Source: Candidatus Anaerostipes avistercoris (lineage in GTDB: Bacteria > Bacillota > Clostridia > Lachnospirales > Lachnospiraceae). Taken from it: a DNA stretch of 64,000 bases. The stretch is from positions 11,789-75,788 of the forward strand of contig DWWD01000021.1 in the NCBI GenBank assembly GCA_019119895.1, given 5' to 3'. The translations under genes and the position numbers were made by a program. Shown in pieces: positions 57,275 through 64,000 of this stretch. A model generated the notes under the pieces. The model saw only the letters and a list, made by a program, of their open reading frames with translations, was not told where the DNA came from and made no database searches. Each line of letters starts with the position of its first letter. Positions within the stretch are counted from its first letter, which is position 1.

Positions 57275-57895
57275 TTGAAAATAAAAAAATCGACAATTAT
57301 TATTTTGGTGATAAGCTGGATTTTATTTTTGGGGGCGTGTCTCGTCGCTTTTTATCAATTGGAACAGATGAAGGAAGCCAGGATTACAAATGAAAAGATA
57401 TTTAAGGATAAATCGACCGAACAGATTTCGGATGAACCTGAAGAATACGCAGAAGTGCGAGAGTTTATGGCTGATTATTACAGCTGTATCCAGAATAATG
57501 ATCAGCAGAAGCTGAAATCCATGGTGGAAGACAGTCAGGAGATGAAAAAGCAGCAGGACAGCCTGAAACAGTATATCGAAGAGTATCAGAGCCTTATTTA
57601 CAAAGTGGAAAGTGTGGAAGATACGAAAGATTATATTGTATATGTCTCCTATCAGTTAAAGATCAAAGGAATCAAGACACCTGCGCCGGGGATGACCCCT
57701 TATTATCTGAAGAGACAGGGAGATTCTTTTGTGATCCGGAATAATGAGGATCATGATACCGATGCCATCAGAGCCGCGAAACAGAAAAGTCTTGCCCGTA
57801 AGGAAAATCAGGATCTCATTCAGAAAGTAAATGAAGATTATGAGGAAGCGGTGAAATCCGATGATCAGTTAAAAGATTTTTTGAAGGACGAATAG
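57275..57895 (+). CDS. hypothetical membrane-anchored protein (possible NTF2-like extracellular domain)
   Basis: N-terminal TM; VREFMADYY, YIVYVSYQLKIKGI.TPAPG...YYL. Likely TTG start at 57275 behind GGAGG. Confidence 0.7.
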   Translation: MKIKKSTIIILVISWILFLGACLVAFYQLEQMKEARITNEKIFKDKSTEQISDEPEEYAEVREFMADYYSCIQNNDQQKLKSMVEDSQEMKKQQDSLKQYIEEYQSLIYKVESVEDTKDYIVYVSYQLKIKGIKTPAPGMTPYYLKRQGDSFVIRNNEDHDTDAIRAAKQKSLARKENQDLIQKVNEDYEEAVKSDDQLKDFLKDE

Positions 57896-57899
57896 AACG

Positions 57900-58304
57900 A
57901 TGATGAGAATTCAGGTATTTATACAGCAGAAAAAGGCAGATTCTTTGTATACAGCGGCAATGGATGAATATTTAAAGCGGCTCAGAGCCTATGCGGCCGT
58001 TTCCGTAACGTATCTTAAAAGTGAAAAGCAGATGGAAAAAGCTGTGGCAAAGAGCAGAAAGAAGTTTTTTGTCACCAGCGGAAAGAAAACGATGACAAGC
58101 CCGGAACTGGCGGAAAAGATAGAGGATTTTTCTGTCAGAGGAGAATCATCCATTGATTTTTTTATCGGAGAAGAACCGGGAGAAAGAATGGAAACTTTCA
58201 GGATTTCTTCCTTTACGATGAATTCATTTCTGACCGCGACTGTGCTTCTGGAACAAATCTACCGGGCGTACCGGATCATTCATCATCAGGCATATCATAA
58301 GTAA
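57900..58304 (+). CDS. rlmH: RlmH paralogue B: C-terminal tail intact, SAM-binding motifs degenerate
   Basis: EYLKRL..YA, S.ELAE.I, IDFFIG, LLEQIYRAYRII....YHK. GGSxGL is replaced by GEEPGE and TFPH by TMNS. Confidence 0.8.
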   Translation: MMRIQVFIQQKKADSLYTAAMDEYLKRLRAYAAVSVTYLKSEKQMEKAVAKSRKKFFVTSGKKTMTSPELAEKIEDFSVRGESSIDFFIGEEPGERMETFRISSFTMNSFLTATVLLEQIYRAYRIIHHQAYHK

Positions 58305-58340
58305 GATGGGAATCAAAAAAATATCAGCAAGGAGTATATC

Positions 58341-59252
58341 ATGGAGTTTAAGACACCGACGTTAGAAGACAAAGAACGGATCGATTCTTTTTTTGAGGAA
58401 GAGTCGACGAGAAGCTGTGATTTTAACACGGCAAATATTATTTTGTGGAATCAGTTTTACAAATGTCAGTATGCAGTTGTCCACGATACTTTTATTATGA
58501 GGACAGACGAGGAAGGAGAGTCGTTTTCTTTCCCGATGGGAAAAGGAGATAAGAAAAAAGCGATTGAAGAAATCATGGAATACTGCCGGGAAAAGGGGAT
58601 TCCATTTGTAATGAACGGGATTACCCATGAAATGGAAGAGCAGATGAAAGAGATGTTCGGGGATATCTTTCAGGTAGAATATGACAGAGACGCTGCAGAT
58701 TATGTTTATGAAAGGGAGAAGCTGGCGGCGCTGAGCGGAAAGAAGCTTCACGGCAAACGCAATCATATCAACCGATTCAAAGATAACCACCAGTGGTCTT
58801 ATGAGGAATTGAACGATGAAAATCAGCTGGAAGCTCTGGCAATGCTTATGGAATGGAAAATGCAGAACTGCGCGCCGGAGGATCTGGAGAAGCATGAGGA
58901 AATCTGTGTTTCCAAGAACAGCCTGATTTATTATAAAGAGCTGGGACTGGTGGGAGGAATCCTGCGGGCAGACGGTAAGATCGTCGGCCTGTCCCTGGGA
59001 GAGCCGGCTGTAAATCCTGATACATTTGTGGTGCATATTGAGAAAGCCTTTCCAGATGTCCAGGGCGCATATCCGATGATCAATCAGCAGTTTGTACTCC
59101 ATGAAATGGAAGGTTTCACTTATGTGAACCGGGAAGAAGATATGGGAGAAGAAGGATTAAGGAAAGCAAAAATGTCATACCGTCCCGCATTTATGCTGGA
59201 AAAAGGATTTTTGCGGTTCCGTCCGGCAGATACTGCGGCGGAAATAAAATAA
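58341..59252 (+). CDS. stand-alone DUF2156 (aminoacyl-phosphatidylglycerol synthase C-terminal-like) protein
   Basis: DYVY..E.L..L.GKK.H.KRNH.NRF, HIEKA, Y..INQ.F, YVNREEDMG..GLRKAK.SY.P. No TM domain. Confidence 0.85.
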   Translation: MEFKTPTLEDKERIDSFFEEESTRSCDFNTANIILWNQFYKCQYAVVHDTFIMRTDEEGESFSFPMGKGDKKKAIEEIMEYCREKGIPFVMNGITHEMEEQMKEMFGDIFQVEYDRDAADYVYEREKLAALSGKKLHGKRNHINRFKDNHQWSYEELNDENQLEALAMLMEWKMQNCAPEDLEKHEEICVSKNSLIYYKELGLVGGILRADGKIVGLSLGEPAVNPDTFVVHIEKAFPDVQGAYPMINQQFVLHEMEGFTYVNREEDMGEEGLRKAKMSYRPAFMLEKGFLRFRPADTAAEIK

Positions 59253-59262
59253 AGTAAATGAA

Positions 59263-59291
59263 TTGACACTAAGAGTCTAAAAATGTAGAAT
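59263..59291 (+). promoter_or_regulatory. sigma-A promoter of pyrBI
   Basis: TTGACA-17 bp-TAGAAT. Confidence 0.75.
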
Positions 59292-59347
59292 GAAATTATA
59301 CCGAGTCTTGAATCTTGGAGTAATGTATGATTTAGGAGGAAATTACG

Positions 59348-60274
59348 ATGAGACACTTGATTGATCCAATGGATCTGAGCGTGGAGGATATTGACCGGCT
59401 GCTGAATCTGGCAGATAACATTTCCGGCAATCCGGAGAAATACCGGGAGGTATGCCGGTATAAGAAGCTGGCTACATTATTTTTCGAGCCGAGCACAAGG
59501 ACCAGATTGAGTTTTGAGGCAGCAATGCTTGAATTGGGCGGCAGTGTACTTGGTTTTTCTTCCGCTGATTCTTCTTCTGCAGCGAAGGGGGAGAGTATTG
59601 CGGATACAGCAAGGACAGTTGCCTGCTATGCGGATATTATCGCCATGCGCCACCCGAAGGAAGGTGCCCCTTATGTCGCATCGCAGTTTGTGGACATTCC
59701 GATCATCAACGCCGGAGACGGCGGACATAATCATCCGACGCAGACCCTGACAGACCTTCTGACCATTCGGAGAGAGAAGGGAAGACTTAATGACTTCACA
59801 ATCGGATTCTGCGGAGATCTTAAATTCGGCAGGACGGTGCATTCTCTGATCAAAGCGCTGTCCCGGTATGAGGGAATCAATTACATTATGATTTCGCCGG
59901 AAGAACTGCAGATTCCGGAGTATCTGAAAAAGGATGTATTTGAGCGCAAGGGAATCCCGTTCCGGGAAGTAGAAAAAATGGAAGAAGTTATGCCGGAATT
60001 GGATATCATATATATGACCAGAGTCCAGAGAGAGAGGTTTTTCAACGAGGCGGATTATGTACGCCTCAAAGACAGCTATATTCTGGATCCGGGAAAACTT
60101 AAGAATGCAAAAGAAGACCTGTCCATCCTTCATCCGCTTCCGCGTGTCAATGAGATTTCCGTGAAAGTGGATCAAGATCCGAGAGCATGCTATTTCAGGC
60201 AGGCTCTTAACGGGAAACATGTCAGGATGGCTTTGATTATGGATTTGCTGGGGGTAAGCGCAGATGAAGATTGA
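59348..60274 (+). CDS. pyrB: aspartate carbamoyltransferase catalytic subunit
   Basis: [37 protein letters not shown]. Confidence 0.98.
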   Translation: MRHLIDPMDLSVEDIDRLLNLADNISGNPEKYREVCRYKKLATLFFEPSTRTRLSFEAAMLELGGSVLGFSSADSSSAAKGESIADTARTVACYADIIAMRHPKEGAPYVASQFVDIPIINAGDGGHNHPTQTLTDLLTIRREKGRLNDFTIGFCGDLKFGRTVHSLIKALSRYEGINYIMISPEELQIPEYLKKDVFERKGIPFREVEKMEEVMPELDIIYMTRVQRERFFNEADYVRLKDSYILDPGKLKNAKEDLSILHPLPRVNEISVKVDQDPRACYFRQALNGKHVRMALIMDLLGVSADED

Positions 60275-60686
60275 TAGTATCAAGAATGGAATTGTACTGG
60301 ATCACATTACAGCAGGAAGAGGAATGGAAATATACAAAAGTCTTGGACTCGACAAGCTGGATTGTAGTGTGGCGATCATAAAAAATGTAAAGAGCAATAA
60401 GATGGGAAAGAAGGATATTATTAAAATCTCAGATAATTTCGAAGTGAACTTTGACGTGCTGGGATATATTGATCCGGATGCGACCGTCTGTGTGATTGAA
60501 AACGGCAGGGTAAAATCCAAACATAAGGTAGAACTTCCGCAGAAGATCACGAATATTGCCAGATGCAGGAATCCTCGGTGCATTACATCCATTGAGCAGG
60601 AAATCGATCACGTGTTTAAATTAGTAGACAGGGAGAAACAGATTTACCGGTGTATTTACTGTGAATCCAAGTTAAAGAAAAACTAA
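60264..60686 (+). CDS. pyrI: aspartate carbamoyltransferase regulatory subunit
   Basis: I.NG.VLDHI, KKDIIKI, Zn ligands C.NPRCIT and RC.YC. Confidence 0.95.
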   Translation: MKIDSIKNGIVLDHITAGRGMEIYKSLGLDKLDCSVAIIKNVKSNKMGKKDIIKISDNFEVNFDVLGYIDPDATVCVIENGRVKSKHKVELPQKITNIARCRNPRCITSIEQEIDHVFKLVDREKQIYRCIYCESKLKKN

Positions 60687-60705
60687 GAAGAACAAAGAGG
60701 TACTC

Positions 60706-62994
60706 ATGGAACAGGAAAAGAAAACAGCTATCAATCGTGTGAAAAAAGATATCAGCAGGCCGGAGAGTTTCACTCCTCCTGAGGAGCTTAGGAAACAGCT
60801 GCTGGATACGATGGAGAAGATATACGATAAAGAAGACATTGAATGTGTCAAGAGAGCCTATGATGTGGCTTATAAGGCTCACGACGGGCAAAAGAGGAAA
60901 TCAGGAGAACCGTATATCATCCATCCTATTTGTGTTGCCATCATTCTGGCAGAACTGGAGCTGGATAAAGAGACGATTATGGCGGGACTGCTCCATGATG
61001 TAGTAGAAGATACCGAAGTGACCCATGAAGACATTGTGGAACAGTTCGGAGAAGAAGTTGCGGCGCTGGTAGACGGCGTTACCAAACTGGGACAGTTGAG
61101 TTATTCCAAGGATAAGATTGAAGTTCAGGCGGAGAACTTAAGAAAAATGTTTCTTGCCATGGCAAAGGATATCAGGGTCATACTGATCAAACTGGCAGAC
61201 CGTCTCCACAATATGCGGACCATGCAGTTTATGCGTCCGGAGAAACAGAAAGAAAAATCCAGAGAGACGATGGATATTTACGCACCGATCGCCCACCGTC
61301 TCGGAATTTCCAAGATTAAGGTGGAACTGGATGATCTGTCTCTGAAATATCTGAAGCCGGATGTGTATGAAGATCTGGAAAAATCCTTAAATTCCAGGAA
61401 AGAGGAGCGGGAAGCGTTCATCAAGGAAATCGTGGAGGAAGTCGGAGGTCATATCAAGCGCGCCGGCATCAAGGCAGAGATTGACGGAAGGGTAAAGCAT
61501 TTTTTCAGCATATATAAGAAGATGGTGAATCAGAATAAAACCATCGATCAGATTTATGATCTGTTTGCGGTGCGGATCAAAGTAGATACAGTAAAGGACT
61601 GTTACGCGGCTCTTGGCATTATCCATGAAATGTATAAACCGATTCCGGGCCGTTTCAAAGATTATATCGCAATGCCGAAACAGAACATGTATCAGTCACT
61701 TCATACCACGCTGATCGGACCGGAAGGACATCCGTTTGAGATACAGATCCGAACCTTCGAGATGCATAAGGTAGCGGAATATGGAATCGCGGCCCATTGG
61801 AAATACAAAGAAAATAATAATACTCCGGGTCTTAACAAGGAAGAAGAAAAATTAAGCTGGCTTCGTGAAATCCTTGAATGGCAGCGGGATATGGACGATA
61901 ACAAAGAATTTTTGAGTCTTCTGAAAACAAATCTGGATTTGTTTGCGGAACAGGTGTACTGCTTTACACCGAATGGAGATGTGAAGAATCTTGCCAACGG
62001 ATCCACACCGATCGATTTCGCTTATTCCATCCACAGTGCGGTGGGAAACAAAATGGTGGGAGCCAGAGTCAACGGCAGACAGGTGCCGTTTGACTACAAA
62101 CTGCAGAATGGAGACCGTGTGGAGATCATTACATCACAGAATTCAAAGGGACCGAGCAGAGACTGGCTGAATCTGGTGAAGACGACCCAGGCAAGGAGCA
62201 AGATCAATCAGTGGTTCAAGCATCAGTTCAAAGAAGAGAATATCGTAAAGGGAAAAGAACTTCTTGAAAAATACTGCAAGAGTAAGAATATTGATCTTCC
62301 GAAGCTTATGAAGCCGGAATATATCAAGAAAGTGGAATTGAAATACGGATTCAAAGACTGGGATTCTGTCTGTGCGGCAGTGGGCCATGGGGGACTGAAA
62401 GAAGGCCAGGTCATCAATAAGATGCTTTCCGAGGACCGTAAGCGCCAGAAAAAAGAAATTACAGATGAACAGATTCTGTCCAAGACACAAGGAGCGGCGC
62501 CGGCTGCGGATAACAAAGGAAAGGAAGAGAAATCCAAAGGCGGAATCGTCGTCCAGGGAGCCGATGATGTATCTGTGCGTTTTTCAAAGTGCTGCAATCC
62601 GGTGCCCGGAGATGAAATTGTCGGATTTATCACAAGAGGACGAGGAATCTCTATCCACAGAACGGACTGTTCCAATGTACTGAATATGTCAGAGGAAGAC
62701 AGAGCCCGTCTGATCGAGGCAGAGTGGCAGGTCAGCGAGGAAGAAACCAATCAGACCTACACAACGGAAATCAATATTTATGCAGATAACCGCAAGGGGC
62801 TGCTGGCAGATGTGTCCAGGATTTTCCTGGAACTGGATATTGATATCATAACCATCAATGTGTCAAATAATAAGAAAGGAAGAGCGACTCTCAGTATGTC
62901 TTTTGACATTACCGGCGTCAGCCAGCTGAATCGGATCATTTCCAAGATCCGCAGTGTTGAGGGCGTTATTGATATAGAAAGAACAGCAGGATAG
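60706..62994 (+). CDS. rel: bifunctional (p)ppGpp synthetase/hydrolase (long RSH)
   Basis: HD motif LLHDVVED, RKSGEPY, DLFAVRI, YQSLH, EIQIRT, TGS and ACT domains. Confidence 0.98.
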   Translation: MEQEKKTAINRVKKDISRPESFTPPEELRKQLLDTMEKIYDKEDIECVKRAYDVAYKAHDGQKRKSGEPYIIHPICVAIILAELELDKETIMAGLLHDVVEDTEVTHEDIVEQFGEEVAALVDGVTKLGQLSYSKDKIEVQAENLRKMFLAMAKDIRVILIKLADRLHNMRTMQFMRPEKQKEKSRETMDIYAPIAHRLGISKIKVELDDLSLKYLKPDVYEDLEKSLNSRKEEREAFIKEIVEEVGGHIKRAGIKAEIDGRVKHFFSIYKKMVNQNKTIDQIYDLFAVRIKVDTVKDCYAALGIIHEMYKPIPGRFKDYIAMPKQNMYQSLHTTLIGPEGHPFEIQIRTFEMHKVAEYGIAAHWKYKENNNTPGLNKEEEKLSWLREILEWQRDMDDNKEFLSLLKTNLDLFAEQVYCFTPNGDVKNLANGSTPIDFAYSIHSAVGNKMVGARVNGRQVPFDYKLQNGDRVEIITSQNSKGPSRDWLNLVKTTQARSKINQWFKHQFKEENIVKGKELLEKYCKSKNIDLPKLMKPEYIKKVELKYGFKDWDSVCAAVGHGGLKEGQVINKMLSEDRKRQKKEITDEQILSKTQGAAPAADNKGKEEKSKGGIVVQGADDVSVRFSKCCNPVPGDEIVGFITRGRGISIHRTDCSNVLNMSEEDRARLIEAEWQVSEEETNQTYTTEINIYADNRKGLLADVSRIFLELDIDIITINVSNNKKGRATLSMSFDITGVSQLNRIISKIRSVEGVIDIERTAG

Positions 62995-63003
62995 GTGAGA
63001 ATT

Positions 63004-63642
63004 ATGGAAAAACCATTAGAGTTACACTGTATTGCCCTGGGGCAGATGCAGACCAATTGTTATATCGTAATCAATCGTGATACAAAAGAGGCCGTTGTTT
63101 TTGATCCGGGAGACCAGGGAGACAAAATCATGGATACTCTTAAAAAGGAGGGAGTCAGTCTGGCAGCGGTCTGCCTGACCCATGCTCATTTTGACCATAT
63201 TATGGGACTCCCTTATTTGATGGAGGTCAACGACAAACTTCCGGTTTATCTTCATGAAGCCGAGCAGGATGTTTTACTGAATCCTCAGTTAAATCTTTCC
63301 AATATGGTGGGACTTACCATATCCCTTCAGGCTGACCGCATTGTGAAGGACGGAGATGAAATAGAGCTTCTCGGAGCAAAGGTAACATGTATCCATGTGC
63401 CGGGCCATACAAAAGGCGGAGTCTGCTATTATTTCTCAGAGTATGGATGGCTTATTTCCGGGGATACTCTGTTCCAGCAGAGCATAGGAAGAACGGATTT
63501 TCCGACAGGAGATCTGAACGCGCTTCTGACAGGAATCCGCTCCAAACTTTTTGTGCTGCCGCCTGAGACGAAAGTATTTTCAGGTCATACCCCGCCGACA
63601 ACCATTGGAGAAGAGATACGGAGCAATCCGTTTTTGATGTAA
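63004..63642 (+). CDS. MBL-fold metallohydrolase (glyoxalase II-like)
   Basis: TNCY, THAHFDH, PGHT.G, GDTLF, GH. Confidence 0.92.
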   Translation: MEKPLELHCIALGQMQTNCYIVINRDTKEAVVFDPGDQGDKIMDTLKKEGVSLAAVCLTHAHFDHIMGLPYLMEVNDKLPVYLHEAEQDVLLNPQLNLSNMVGLTISLQADRIVKDGDEIELLGAKVTCIHVPGHTKGGVCYYFSEYGWLISGDTLFQQSIGRTDFPTGDLNALLTGIRSKLFVLPPETKVFSGHTPPTTIGEEIRSNPFLM

Positions 63643-63645
63643 ATT

Positions 63646-64000
63646 ATGATTGGATTAATTCAGAACGATACGGTATATGAGTACGATATACGAAGTTTAA
63701 TATTGGCATTTATGATTGGAGAGAAGATAGAATTGACAGACCATGTCGATTCTATCTATGATTTTGTACTGGATGTTTCTTATAAGGAGGAACAGATGCG
63801 TCTGACTCTTTATAAGAAAGGAGCTTTTCTGAAGGAAGAAGTTCTGTCCGGAAACTACAGAGATAAGAAAGCATTTAAAAATCCTGTGAAAAAGGCCGTA
63901 TACCGGCTGTTTTCTTATGCTCTGGATAAAGAGCTGCCCTGGGGCACACTGACCGGCGTGCGCCCTACGAAGATTGTATTCGACGGGCTGGCGGAAGGAA
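63646..64000 (+). CDS. hemZ: HemZ radical SAM protein, N-terminal part (3'-truncated by window edge)
   Basis: Manual translation from ATG 63646 is open to the window end and contains LPWGTLTGVRPTK. Fits rel-MBL-hemZ synteny. Confidence 0.88.
   Translation, partial: MIGLIQNDTVYEYDIRSLILAFMIGEKIELTDHVDSIYDFVLDVSYKEEQMRLTLYKKGAFLKEEVLSGNYRDKKAFKNPVKKAVYRLFSYALDKELPWGTLTGVRPTKIVFDGLAEG

Overview
A 64-kb stretch of mostly core chromosome from a spore-forming, anaerobic Clostridia-class bacterium. The gene content and order look Lachnospiraceae-like (inference). Main blocks: arginine biosynthesis (argH; argG divergent from argCJBD); a comEA-RR-HK-GerMN-comEC unit followed by holA, rpsT, gpr, spoIIP, lepA and hemW; rex-acpS-nnr-alr-mazF-yebC; a crotonase-family enzyme plus CoA-transferase operon; ddh; a MerR regulator next to larBCE, a Ni/Co ECF transporter and an aldo/keto reductase; rnhA; tRNA-Arg(CCG); MATE; two RlmH paralogues; and pyrBI-rel-MBL-hemZ. 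I found no prophage, integrase, transposase, rRNA or CRISPR array. The most notable observations: (1) two neighbouring RlmH paralogues that have lost complementary halves of the composite active site, a candidate obligate heterodimer; (2) an orphan 204-aa protein with the motif layout of a proteasome-beta/Ntn hydrolase and Ser at position 1; (3) a promoter-driven ~100-nt RNA that folds into a perfect four-way junction just upstream of the tRNA; (4) an AdhR-like MerR regulator and AdhR-type box facing the nickel-pincer (lar) genes, with no larA in the window; (5) a 1.3-kb chain of fused gene fragments; (6) a mazF with no adjacent antitoxin; (7) a REP/BIME-like hairpin array. All family calls come from motif recognition by eye; no database searches were run.
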